A DNA stretch of 64,000 bases from Clostridiales bacterium Firm_18. GTDB lineage: Bacteria; Bacillota; Clostridia; Monoglobales; Firm-18. The DNA is taken from positions 3,027 to 67,026 of the forward strand of contig LVAX01000092.1 in NCBI GenBank assembly GCA_001604215.1, given 5' to 3'. Every line of letters begins with the position of its first letter. The first letter of the stretch is position 1. This document shows, piece after piece, positions 1 through 10,000 of this stretch. The notes under the pieces were generated by a model. That model searched no databases. It was not told where the DNA came from and saw only the letters and a list, made by a program, of their open reading frames with translations. The position numbers were made by a program, and so were the translations under genes.

Positions 1-1
1 C

Positions 2-694
2 AAAAAGTCGGAGGAGGACAGGCGGCGGCTTATTCTTGACATTTCCCATGACCTTAAAAATCCTATGTCCGGCATACAGGGTTATGCGGAGCTGCTCATG
101 CAAAAGCCGGATATGACCGGGCAGGAGCGCGGTGAATACATCAAGACCATTCTTAATAACAGCAAAAGGGCCAATCGACTGCTTACAGAGTTGTTCGAGC
201 TTTCACAAATGGACAGCCCGGAATTTTCGCTAAAGTTAGAAAAAACGGATATCTGCGAATGCCTCCGGCAAATATGCGGCGAGCTTGTGCCGCAGTTGGA
301 GCGGGAAGGATTTGAGTATAAGTTTGACATTCCCGAGGAAGGCATTTTTGTTATGCTGGATACAGGCCGGTTTAGCCGGATTATTCAAAACATTGCCGAC
401 AATGCAATGCGGTACAATCCGCGGGGGACACTTGTTGCCGTAAGATTGAAGCTGCAGGATAATCAGGCGGTGATTGATTTTAGTGACGACGGGGCGGGAA
501 TACCGGCTCGGCTTGCGGAAAACATATTCAAGCCTTTTGTCCGGGCGGACGATTCCCGCAACTCGCAAACCGGCGGCAGCGGGCTGGGGCTTTCCATAGC
601 TAAAAGAATTGCCGAGGCGCACGGAGGGGATTTGACTCTTTTGCCCGGCGGGAATAAAGGAAGCACCTTCCGGATTACCATTCCCGCGATTTAA
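2..694 (+). CDS. sensor histidine kinase, C-terminal part (5' end lies outside the window)
   Basis: The frame is open from nt 2. The H-box ISHDLKNPMS is encoded at nt 41-70, upstream of the first ATG of the listed ORF. HATPase_c motifs are present: N box DNAMRYN and G boxes DDGAGIP and GGSGLGLSIA. Confidence 0.9.
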   Translation, partial: KKSEEDRRRLILDISHDLKNPMSGIQGYAELLMQKPDMTGQERGEYIKTILNNSKRANRLLTELFELSQMDSPEFSLKLEKTDICECLRQICGELVPQLEREGFEYKFDIPEEGIFVMLDTGRFSRIIQNIADNAMRYNPRGTLVAVRLKLQDNQAVIDFSDDGAGIPARLAENIFKPFVRADDSRNSQTGGSGLGLSIAKRIAEAHGGDLTLLPGGNKGSTFRITIPAI

Positions 695-777
695 GGTAAA
701 TTTAAGGTTTATATCAGCTGTATGACAGGTTCGGTTGCTATAATGGCGATGAATCTGAAATAAAGCTGATTTTTTAA

Positions 778-895
778 CTTATAGGAAATTGCGCAAAATT
801 CGCGCAAATTTGCGCTCCGGCGGAATAAATCCGCCTTCGCTTTCCCTCGCGGGGCGAGATGAAGCGCTTTTGGAAAGCGCTACGCGCCGGAACGC
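778..895 (+). repeat. 118-bp multi-hairpin repeat element, copy C, ending in a hairpin plus T-tract
   Basis: Aligns along its full length with 10181-10297 and 10311-10427 (TTATAGGAAATTGCGC...GCGCC(C)GAACGC followed by T-rich sequence). Lies just downstream of the + strand kinase gene. Confidence 0.85.
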
Positions 896-966
896 TTTTA
901 TTTTTAAAGAGGGTTATTACGGCGGAAAAATCAAGCGTATAAACTGAAAAATAGCGGAGGTTTATC

Positions 967-2172
967 ATGATTCAAACAGTTATCTTTTTAATTTTTACCG
1001 TTTTATTCGTTGCTGCATTTGTATGGATTTTGCTCCTGTCGGCTTATTGTATAATTTCACGCATAAGAAAAAAGGCAAGTCCGAAGCAGCATTTTCGCTT
1101 GAAAAGAACAGCAATATTCTCGGCTGCGGTGATGGTATTAAACCTGGGATTGGTTACCCTTTCACAGCTAACCGCTTCCACTCCGCGTATCGTTGATGAA
1201 AACGGGAATACTCCCGAAGGCAGCATTGCGGAGCTTAAAAGGCTTGAACTAAACGGCAGGAAGCAGTGGATTAGCCTTAGAGGCCGGGATAAAAATGCTC
1301 CCGTCCTGCTGTTCCTTGCAGGCGGGCCCGGCGGTACGCAGATGGCGGCGGTGCGGCATGAACTGGCGGAGATGGAGAAGCATTTTGTCATTGTCAACTG
1401 GGACCAGCCCGGCTCCGGAAAATCCTATTATGCGGAAAAAACAAAAAATATTACGGTTGAAACATATATTCAGGATGGCTTCGCTTTGACGGAGTACTTA
1501 AAGGAGCGATTTTCGCAGAAAAAGATTTATCTTATGGGCGAATCCTGGGGCAGCGCCCTGGGGATTTTCCTTATTCATAAGTATCCCGGGTCCTATCACG
1601 CATTTATTGGCACGGGGCAAATGGTGGACTTTGCCGAAACCGAGCGGATGGATTACGCGAAGGCTTTGGAAATTGCACAATCCAAAGGCGATACCGCTTT
1701 AATAAAACGGCTTATGGCAAACGGCACTCCGCCCTATTACGGAAAGGACGTAACATGGAAAAGCGCGGCATACCTGAATTATCTCAGTGCTTACATGGCA
1801 AACAATCCCGAAATTCACAATCCCGGTTACAATACCCTTCGGGACATCGGTTCCCCCGAATATGGAATGCTTGACAAAATCAACTTTTTCCGCGGCATTA
1901 TCAACACATATAATCACGTTTATCAACAGCTTTATACCATCGATATGCGGAAGGATTACACCAAACTAAATGTGCCTGTGTATTTTTTCCTGGGCAGGCA
2001 TGACGTAAATGCGCCTGTGGTGTTGGCTGAGGAATATATGAATGTTTTGGATGCGCCTGACAAAGGTATTGTATGGTTTGAGCATTCCGGGCACAGTCCC
2101 TGGATTAACGAAACGGCAAAGTTTGTAAGAGAGGTATTGTCATGCTTTTTAGAAATCAAAATGCAAGAATAA
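967..2172 (+). CDS. alpha/beta hydrolase (proline iminopeptidase-like) with an N-terminal membrane anchor
   Basis: 401-aa ORF with a GGAGG RBS 8 nt upstream. Hydrophobic N-terminus, nucleophile elbow GESWGS, and HSGH near the C-terminus. Confidence 0.75.
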   Translation: MIQTVIFLIFTVLFVAAFVWILLLSAYCIISRIRKKASPKQHFRLKRTAIFSAAVMVLNLGLVTLSQLTASTPRIVDENGNTPEGSIAELKRLELNGRKQWISLRGRDKNAPVLLFLAGGPGGTQMAAVRHELAEMEKHFVIVNWDQPGSGKSYYAEKTKNITVETYIQDGFALTEYLKERFSQKKIYLMGESWGSALGIFLIHKYPGSYHAFIGTGQMVDFAETERMDYAKALEIAQSKGDTALIKRLMANGTPPYYGKDVTWKSAAYLNYLSAYMANNPEIHNPGYNTLRDIGSPEYGMLDKINFFRGIINTYNHVYQQLYTIDMRKDYTKLNVPVYFFLGRHDVNAPVVLAEEYMNVLDAPDKGIVWFEHSGHSPWINETAKFVREVLSCFLEIKMQE

Positions 2173-2186
2173 AGAAGGTTTGTAAT

Positions 2187-2564
2187 ATGCACCCGATTAT
2201 TTTTCTGCCGCTGTTTATTGCGGTTATTACAGCAATTTCGGCTTGCTCCGAAACAAAGGGCAGCATTGTGGTTCTTGAAAATCCGAATGGGACAGGATTC
2301 ACAATTAATTTAAATAAGTGGAGTTTGGAAAATAAATGCGAATTATCCCTAAGCAAGGGCGATGTGCTGCAAATTGAAGTTTCCCGCGAAGGCGGAAAAA
2401 TTGCCCTTACGGTCAGAGGCAAAAAGGGCAGAGAGCCCTATACGGGAAGCAACCTTGAATCAGGTTTGTTTACTGTAACGGTATCCGAAACGGATAAATA
2501 TGATATACTAATTACCGGTAAAGATGCAACCGGAAAGGTTACGATAAAAAAAGTTCAGTTATAA
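2187..2564 (+). CDS. small putative lipoprotein of unknown function
   Basis: The internal Met at 2187 gives MHPIIFLPLFIAVITAISAC-SE, a lipobox-like signal peptide. The upstream part of the listed ORF overlaps the hydrolase gene. Confidence 0.5.
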   Translation: MHPIIFLPLFIAVITAISACSETKGSIVVLENPNGTGFTINLNKWSLENKCELSLSKGDVLQIEVSREGGKIALTVRGKKGREPYTGSNLESGLFTVTVSETDKYDILITGKDATGKVTIKKVQL

Positions 2565-2632
2565 TGCCTTATGCCTGCACACCGATGCGGCTTAATAACC
2601 TGGCAGGTATTTCAAGTGATTTTCAAAAAAGC

Positions 2633-2687
2633 TTGACAAATGTGTTTTATAGTTGTAAAATGAAGTTGTATTCTACAACTGTAAAAT
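2633..2687 (+). promoter_or_regulatory. sigma-A type promoter with an overlapping TGTA/TACA dyad operator for the BlaI-like repressor
   Basis: TTGACA at 2633-2638, a 17-nt spacer, TAAAAT at 2656-2661. Dyad GTTGTA-TTC-TACAAC at 2665-2679, flanked by AGTTGTA (2651-2657) and TACAACT (2674-2680). TGTA/TACA dyads are the known BlaI/MecI/CopY-type operator theme. Confidence 0.65.
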
Positions 2688-2701
2688 AAGGAGAGCTAAA
2701 A

Positions 2702-3070
2702 ATGAATGATATAAAAAGACTACCCGACAGTGAGCTTGAAATTATGATGATTGTATGGGATGCCAAGGAAAAAGTAACGTCGGATTTCATTATGGAAAAG
2801 CTTAGCAAAAGCTGGGCAAGGACAACCGTACTTAATTTTCTTGCGCGTTTGTGTGACCGCGGCTTTCTCTCCTGCACCAAAAAAGGAAGGCATAATATTT
2901 ATTCTGCACAGGTGAAAAAGGAGGATTATCTTAAAAGGGAGAGTCGCTCTTTTTTGCAAAAGTTGTATCATGGCTCCCTGACAGGCCTTGTGGCTTCCCT
3001 TTATGACGGAAAAATCGTTTCAAAGGAGGAACTGGAGGAACTGAAGCGATTTATTGAGGAGGCGGAGTAG
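2702..3070 (+). CDS. BlaI/MecI/CopY family transcriptional repressor
   Basis: 122 aa with an AAGGAG RBS. Winged-helix N-terminus (LPDSELEIMMIVW...TTVLNFLARLCDRGFL) and the family's C-terminal dimerisation helix pattern. Directly followed by an M56 peptidase gene. Confidence 0.85.
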   Translation: MNDIKRLPDSELEIMMIVWDAKEKVTSDFIMEKLSKSWARTTVLNFLARLCDRGFLSCTKKGRHNIYSAQVKKEDYLKRESRSFLQKLYHGSLTGLVASLYDGKIVSKEELEELKRFIEEAE

Positions 3071-3928
3071 GTGCTTACAAATATTTTTTTGATTTCTCTT
3101 TCCATGACGGCGGTAATTCTGATTCTGCTTATCATTTCTCCGCTTCTGAACAATAGGTTCAGTGCAAAATGGCGTTATTTTGTGTGGCTTATATTAGCGC
3201 TTCGCCTTATAATTCCTTTCAGGCTTGAAATGCCCGATGCTCCGGTAAATATATCCGCACCTAAAAATCAAATTATCATTTTCAGGCAAGAAGGGATACC
3301 GCTTACAATAGTGGATAAAAGTTTCGTTGAGAAAGGCAATTCTTCCACCGGTTCTGCGGATTATGCACCGATTATTACATTGAAGGAATTACTGACGGTT
3401 ATTTGGGCATTTGGTGCTGTTGCTTTTTTTCTGTTTCATATTATAAGTTATTTAATTTTCAAACGTAGAATAAAGCGATATTGCGATACAGTTAACTCAG
3501 ATATAATACAAAATGTATTAGATGATATGAAGATAAAAAGAAAGCCACAGTTTTTAAAATGCAGCAAAATCGCAAGCCCCATGATGATAGGATTTTTTAA
3601 GCCAATGATTTTATTACCGGACGCAGAATATTCGAATAATGAGTTTTCCGTTATTTTAAAGCATGAGCTTACGCATTACAAACGTTGTGATATATGGTAT
3701 AAGCTGCTCTTGGTAATTGCAAACAGTGTTCATTGGTTCAATCCCCTTGTGTATTTAATGGCGCGCCGTGCGAACCGTGATTTGGAATACTTTTGCGATG
3801 ATGTTGTAGTAAAAAACAGCGATATAAATTATAGAAAAGAATATTCCATGGCAATTCTAAAAGCGATGCAAAGTGTTGAGGCAACCACACTTTCAACATA
3901 TTTAAACGGGGGTAAAAAAAATGGGTAA
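3071..3928 (+). CDS. BlaR1-like M56 family membrane metalloprotease without a C-terminal sensor domain
   Basis: GTG start immediately after the blaI-like stop, with GAGGAGG upstream. Several TM helices and the HExxH motif HELTHY. Only 285 aa, ending ...LSTYLNGGKKNG. Confidence 0.8.
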   Translation: MLTNIFLISLSMTAVILILLIISPLLNNRFSAKWRYFVWLILALRLIIPFRLEMPDAPVNISAPKNQIIIFRQEGIPLTIVDKSFVEKGNSSTGSADYAPIITLKELLTVIWAFGAVAFFLFHIISYLIFKRRIKRYCDTVNSDIIQNVLDDMKIKRKPQFLKCSKIASPMMIGFFKPMILLPDAEYSNNEFSVILKHELTHYKRCDIWYKLLLVIANSVHWFNPLVYLMARRANRDLEYFCDDVVVKNSDINYRKEYSMAILKAMQSVEATTLSTYLNGGKKNG

Positions 3929-4330
3929 ATATATAAAACCACCCAAACTTTCAACCTTATTTTCCGAGAGTGGAACCGGAAGAAAAGCCGGGAGGATTTT
4001 CAGTGCCGGTGTATCGGTTGATAATTGGGCATACAAAGCCGGCCGCAGCGATGGACGATACCATCGCCACACCTGAGCACTATCTGTTTTTGAATAGTGA
4101 AGCCGATTTTACAGTAAATCTTGCTTGAAATACAGAATTACTCTCCGCCAGACAAAGACTTGAAATCGCTAAAAGTGTAGTTGTTTCATCAGAGATCGCT
4201 CCATACACTATGACTGAAATCTATAAACTGGCGGATATCCGGGCAAAGGCCTGGATGAGCAGGGATGGTAAGTCACGCTACGACATTATGAGTGAAGAAA
4301 TGAAACAATTATCGGTAAAAAATCAATAGC
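3921..4330 (+). pseudogene. decayed paralogue of the downstream gene 4343-4945 (fragments in more than one frame)
   Basis: ATG at 3921 opens 51 codons, MGKYIKPPKLSTLFSESGTGRKAGRIF..., matching the N-terminus MKVNRYITPPILSTSFSESGRRAKKRF of the next gene. A second open piece at 4129-4329 is in another frame. There is no intact ORF. Confidence 0.4.
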
Positions 4331-4342
4331 AAAGGAGACTGA

Positions 4343-4945
4343 ATGAAAGTGAACAGATATATAACTCCGCCTATTTTATCAACTTCTTTTTCCGAAAGCG
4401 GAAGAAGGGCAAAAAAGAGATTTGAGAATATACTAAACACAAAGGCAAGGAAAACAAGTGTTTTGGCATTTGTTTTGGTGCTTTTGGTTACAGGCGCTGC
4501 TGGCGTAATATTCAGCTTTAATTCCGGTGACAATATTGTGCATCGCTGCAAGACCTTTGACTGTTCCTTTGAGCTGCCGCAAGGCTGGGAAAATAAATAT
4601 GAAATTGAAGAGGAAAATAATAATATCGTGTATGTCTATCATAAGGCCATTCGCCGGCAATACGGAGAAGGCACGGGAATGCTGTTTTATATAGAAATGC
4701 TCCAGGGCGATAGTCTTACCCATGACGACATTACAGACCCGGGAAACCGCACAATTGCTTTGCAGGAGGGCGGCTTCACCTATGTTTTCGGCATGCCCAC
4801 CGATATTCAGTACCCGATATGGGAGGGCGGCGACAGGGCGCTGGCGGATGATTACATTATAATGTCAAAAGACCATGATAAAATCAAGGAAAGTATTACA
4901 CGAGTGTCACGCGGTTTGCAGATGAGTTTGAAAGTGCTGTTATAA
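4343..4945 (+). CDS. membrane-anchored protein of unknown function (possible detached sensor module of the BlaR1-like system)
   Basis: 200 aa with an AAAGGAG RBS. N-terminal LSTSFSESGRRAKKRFENIL, then one TM helix (VLAFVLVLLVTGAAGVIF), then a ~140-aa soluble domain. Confidence 0.55.
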   Translation: MKVNRYITPPILSTSFSESGRRAKKRFENILNTKARKTSVLAFVLVLLVTGAAGVIFSFNSGDNIVHRCKTFDCSFELPQGWENKYEIEEENNNIVYVYHKAIRRQYGEGTGMLFYIEMLQGDSLTHDDITDPGNRTIALQEGGFTYVFGMPTDIQYPIWEGGDRALADDYIIMSKDHDKIKESITRVSRGLQMSLKVLL

Positions 4946-5056
4946 CTGAGGGTGCAGGCTTGTTTGCCTTATCAACAGGAAGGATTCATGAATACATGCC
5001 CAAGCAGCTTACCGGGGAGACGGTAAGCGATTATAAACTTATGTCTAAAGAAATAT

Positions 5057-5479
5057 TTATTTTGCAATCATAACCAGTCCGGCGGCACATATGCCCACTC
5101 CGAGCAATTGGCGCAAGCTAAGCGTTTCCTTGTACAGGAGTATTCCGACAATTAACAAAACACAAGATAAGGTTACAGCAACAATTAAATTTGCAACGCT
5201 AATCTTCCAGCCCGCACGATAAATACACAAAAACCCGAATTCCAGGCCGACAATTGCTATTCCGAGAGCATAGGCCGTCCAGTTTGCTTTTGACAGCTCC
5301 CTGAAAAGGTTTTTTTCACCGGTAATGAAATACATAATTATCGAACAAATCATGGCTATTAAGTAGGTAATCGAAAGCGAAGCAAATGCATTTATATCAG
5401 CGGATGTTGATTTTGCACTGATGTGATAAATTGTATTTGCGGCAACAACGATTAGAATTGGCCACAGCATGTTCCACAT
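5057..5479 (-). CDS. small EamA/DMT-superfamily-like membrane protein
   Basis: 140 aa, almost entirely hydrophobic with 4-5 predicted TM helices. The family assignment is only by general resemblance. Confidence 0.45.
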   Translation of the reverse strand: MWNMLWPILIVVAANTIYHISAKSTSADINAFASLSITYLIAMICSIIMYFITGEKNLFRELSKANWTAYALGIAIVGLEFGFLCIYRAGWKISVANLIVAVTLSCVLLIVGILLYKETLSLRQLLGVGICAAGLVMIAK

Positions 5480-5618
5480 AGTATAAAACCCCTTTTATAA
5501 GAAAAATTACAAGTCAGCCTTGCATGCTGAATTAACATGCAGTTATTATACATTAAAAGATTATGGATTGCAACAACAAGTAAAATTCAATGCAAAATTT
5601 AATTAATGATAAAAAATA

Positions 5619-5673
5619 TTTACAAATTTTCAAAATAGTTATATAATTAAATAAATACTGGTTGAACCGGTAT
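5619..5673 (+). promoter_or_regulatory. gdh promoter plus downstream dyad
   Basis: TTTACA at 5619-5624, a 17-nt spacer, TATAAT at 5642-5647. A 19-bp near-palindrome ATACTGGTTGAACCGGTAT at 5655-5673 has 8 of 9 arm positions complementary. Confidence 0.55.
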
Positions 5674-5714
5674 ATTTATAATTATTTTTTTTATTAGACG
5701 GAGGTATCTTTATA

Positions 5715-7001
5715 ATGAAGCCAAACTCGTACAACCCTTATGTTTCCGCACAAACGCAATTTGACAATGTTGCGGCTATGATTAATTTAGAACCGGGGGT
5801 TAGAGAGCTGCTGAGGCAGCCCTTGCGTGAAATCCATTTTACAATACCGGTGAAAATGGATGACGGCAGTACAAAAGTGTTTAAAGGATTTAGAATCGTG
5901 CACAATGATGCAAGAGGGCCTGCTAAGGGCGGTATTCGTTTCCATCCGCACGAAACGGCTGATACCGTTCGCGCTTTATCCATGTGGATGACATGGAAAT
6001 GTGCGGTTGTGGATATCCCCCTCGGCGGAGGAAAGGGAGGCGTAATTTGCGACCCGCATAACCTGTCAAAGGGAGAGCAGGAAAGACTTTGCAGGGGTTT
6101 TGCAAGAAGGGTGGCTCAAAATATTGGACCTGTAATCGATGTGCCTGCCCCGGATGTAATGACAAATGGCCAGCACATGCTGTGGATAATGGATGAATTT
6201 GAAGCCATAGCGGGCGGACGGTATCCAGGTGTCATTACAGGCAAACCAATCGGTATGGGCGGCTCACTCGGGCGTAAGGAGGCAACCGGCTACGGCGTTA
6301 TTTATGTTTTGCGCGAGGCATTGAAAAAGCTTAATATTGATATATCCAAAACAACGGCAAGCATACAAGGCTTTGGCAATGTGGCCGAGTATGCCGCAAG
6401 GCTGTATTCTTTAATGGGCGGCAGGATAATAGCGTTGTCCACCTGGGACGAGCATGATAAAAAAGCGTATACCTTCCGTAAAAAAGACGGCCTGGATATT
6501 GAGAAAATGGTTGAAATAAAAGATTCTTTCGGAACAATAGACAAGAAAAAGGCGGCTGATCTGGGATGCGATATATTGGACGGCGGGGAATGGCTTTCCC
6601 AGGATGTGGACATTATAATGCCATGTGCGCTTGAAAATCAGCTGACGCCTGAGGTTTTCACAAAAATCAGCGATAATGTTAAAGTTATTTGCGAGGGTGC
6701 CAACGGGCCTACAACCCCCGACTGCGATAAATTGATTAAGGAAAAAGGGATATTTATTATACCGGACTTTTTATGCAACGCAGGTGGAGTGACATGCAGC
6801 TATTTCGAGCAGGTACAGTGCAATATGAATTATTTCTGGACAAAGGAAGAGGTGCTTGAAAAGCTTGATACGAAGATGACACAGGCTTTTAATGCTGTTT
6901 ATGATTTGGCCGAGGATAAAAGGCTGTATATGAGAGATGCGGCCTATGTTATAGCAATAAATCGTGTGGCGGAAGCGGTAAAGCTAAGAGGCTGGGTCTG
7001 A
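5715..7001 (+). CDS. gdh: glutamate dehydrogenase (Glu/Leu/Phe/Val dehydrogenase family)
   Basis: 428 aa with a GGAGG RBS. Signature KGGIRFHP and catalytic-Lys region PLGGGKGG. Rossmann motif GFGNVAEY. Confidence 0.92.
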   Translation: MKPNSYNPYVSAQTQFDNVAAMINLEPGVRELLRQPLREIHFTIPVKMDDGSTKVFKGFRIVHNDARGPAKGGIRFHPHETADTVRALSMWMTWKCAVVDIPLGGGKGGVICDPHNLSKGEQERLCRGFARRVAQNIGPVIDVPAPDVMTNGQHMLWIMDEFEAIAGGRYPGVITGKPIGMGGSLGRKEATGYGVIYVLREALKKLNIDISKTTASIQGFGNVAEYAARLYSLMGGRIIALSTWDEHDKKAYTFRKKDGLDIEKMVEIKDSFGTIDKKKAADLGCDILDGGEWLSQDVDIIMPCALENQLTPEVFTKISDNVKVICEGANGPTTPDCDKLIKEKGIFIIPDFLCNAGGVTCSYFEQVQCNMNYFWTKEEVLEKLDTKMTQAFNAVYDLAEDKRLYMRDAAYVIAINRVAEAVKLRGWV

Positions 7002-7049
7002 TACATAAGGAATGTTCGAATAATGGCGGCAAAGCAGGAGGGTTCTTTT

Positions 7050-10000
7050 ATGGATAAGTCTAAGGATATATCGGTTTTAATAGAGCGGGCTAAGGAGCTT
7101 GAATGTCTTTATTTAATCGATGAGGCGTTGTCCAAGGATTCACTGTCCGATATATTAACGGAAATTTCTGCGGTAACCCCGTCGGGTTTCTGTTATGAAA
7201 AGGAATGTATTGTAACGGTTGTGCTTGACGATGTCCATTATTCAGTAAAAGAACAAGCGCCGGATTGCCATGAGCTTAAGGTGGATATTGTTATCAACGA
7301 TAAGATAAGAGGGTATATTAAGGCGGCTTATCCCCAAAATATATTTGCCAAAGGCGATATTGTTTTTCTGCCCCAGGAGAAAAAGCTGTTGCAAGCCATC
7401 TCGAATAAAATCGCGCGGATAATATACCAGAAGTTTTACCGGTATTACAGTGACGACAACGGCAATTGGACGGCCATATTAAAGCTGCTTCAGAATTCGA
7501 ACCGAGAAATGCTGCTGCATGTTTGTGAAAAAATGCTTGTGCATCTTGCGGCGAAGAACACAAAGCTTGTTGAAAACGTTTTTTCCGAAATGGGCTGGAT
7601 TGAACATAAGTATAAGGGCGAAATAAATTATCCCCTTGAGAATTTATCGGCAGTGGATGCGGCAGTGCTGAGCGAAAAGCTTTTTAATGCCGCAAGCCAA
7701 TGCTTCGATGATAAGCATATATTCGAGCAGATATTGCTGTGGATATATCAAAGGGAAACATACGAGCTTATTAAAATAGTCAACAGGCAAAGTACCGAAA
7801 TAAAAGACATTTCAAAAGCCCTGACAAAATATCAAAACGCTGTAAAGGCAAATAAAAAAGTTAACGAGTCTACCCAGCGCTGGCTTTTTGTTGAACTTAT
7901 CCGAAGGTTTTTAACGGATAATCCGAAGCAAATAGAAAAAATAAGAAAATATGTATCCGTCGATGACTTTTGCGAGCTGCTGGGCAGCTTTGTTTGCTCG
8001 CCGCAAAGCAAGGGGAAGCTGGGCGGCAAGGCAACCGGTTTTTTTGCCGCCAATCAAATTATAAAAGCTCATATCCGGCAGTATCCTGAGTTTGAAAATG
8101 TAAGGATGCCGAAAACCTGGTTTATACCTTCCGGCGAAATGGATTACTTTTTGTCCGAAAACGGGCTTGACGAATTAAACGAGCATAAGTACCGTGATAT
8201 GACGGAAATCAGGATTATTTATCCCAAAATCGTGCAAACCTTTAAAAACGCAAAGCTTTCGTCATATGTTATAAATCAGTTAAACCAGATTCTTGACGAA
8301 TACGATAACAAGCCTTTGATTGTAAGGTCTTCAAGCTTGCTTGAGGATCATCTTAATTTTTCGTTTTCCGGAAAATATAAAAGCCTGTTTGTTTCAAACA
8401 GCGGGCCGAAGGCAAAGCGTCTTAAAGAATTAACGGATGCCATTTTGGAAGTATATGCTTCGATGTATAATCCGGACGGTGTCCAGTACAGGAAAGAGCG
8501 CAACTTGCTCGACAGCGCCGAACAAATGGGTATTATGATTCAAGAGGCGATAGGCTTTCGTGTCGGCCCGTATTATTTCCCGTTATACGCCGGTGTGGCT
8601 TTCAGTAATAATGAGCTCAGATGGTCGCCCCGGATAAAGCGTGAAGACGGGCTTGTCAGGGTTGTAATGGGTTTGGGTACGCGTGCCGTGGACAGGGTAG
8701 GGGACGATTATCCCGTTTTGATATCACCCGGACAGGCAAATTTAAGCGTAAATCAAGCCCCGGAAGAGATACAAAAATATTCGCCCCAGATGCTTGATGC
8801 CATAGATATGGAAAACAGCAGGTTCGTCACCGTTTCGATAGCACAGCTTATAAAAGAGTACGGAAACGAGATACCCCAGCTTGATACCGTCCTGTCTGTT
8901 TTTAAAAACGACTTTATTTCGGATTTTAATGTGTTTACGGCCGATTATAAAAAAGATAATTTTGTTGTCAGCTTTAGCGGTTTGATAAATAAAACGCCGG
9001 GGATAAAGCGAATTAAACTGATATTGGATTTATTAAAAGAAAACTTGGGCTACCCGGTGGATATAGAATTTGCATATGACGGGCAGTTCTTTTACCTGCT
9101 GCAGTGCCGCCCTCAAATCGACAGCTATTACAGTGATTCCGTTGCTATCCCCAATGAAATCTCACCAAAGGATACGATATTCACCGCCGATAAATATATA
9201 TCAAACGGAAAGGTCTTGGGTATAAAGACAATAATTTATGTTGACCCGGAGGAATATGAAAAGCTTGAAACCTATGATGATTTAATAAATGTTGCCTCTG
9301 CAGTAAGCGAGCTTAACAGGATGCTTCCGCGTAAAAGCTTTATTTTAATAGGACCGGGGCGCTGGGGCAGCAGGGGTGACATTAAATTGGGCGTGCGGGT
9401 GACATACTCGGATATATGCAATACGGCCATGATTATAGAAATAGCAAACAAAAATTCCAAATATCAGCCGGAGCTTTCCTTCGGAACCCACTTTTTCCAG
9501 GACCTGGTTGAAGCGGGTATCAAATATCTGCCGCTTTACCCGGAAAGGGAAGGAACGGTTTTTAACAGCAGGTTTTTCAGCCGCAGCCAAAACAAGCTGA
9601 GCCAGTCGCTGCCGGCTTATTCGTATTTGGATAAGGTTATAAAGGTTATAAGCATAGAAGAAGAATACCCTTCCAGAGAAATGAATGTGCTTATGAATGC
9701 CGACCTTGAAAAAGCGGTTGCTTATCTGGAACTTGCTTCAAAGGAAGAAAAATACCAAAACCCGTATATTGAAAACGAAGTGTACGATAAAACCAAACAA
9801 GAAGGCCAGGGCTGGAAGTGGCGGCATTATATGGCGGAAGTTATTGCCTCAAAAATGGATTTTGATGCGTTCTGTGTTAAAGGTGTTTATTTATTCGGCA
9901 GTACAAATACCTGCACCGCCGAATTAAACAGTGATATAGATATTATCATACATTTTGGCGGCACGAAAGAGCAAAAGAAGCAATTGGACGCATGGCTTGA

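Noticed and set aside
7023-7049. Upstream ATG at 7023 as the start of the large multidomain gene
   Set aside because: AGGAGG sits 7 nt before the ATG at 7050 and would lie inside the coding sequence if 7023 were used. This is kept only as an alternative.
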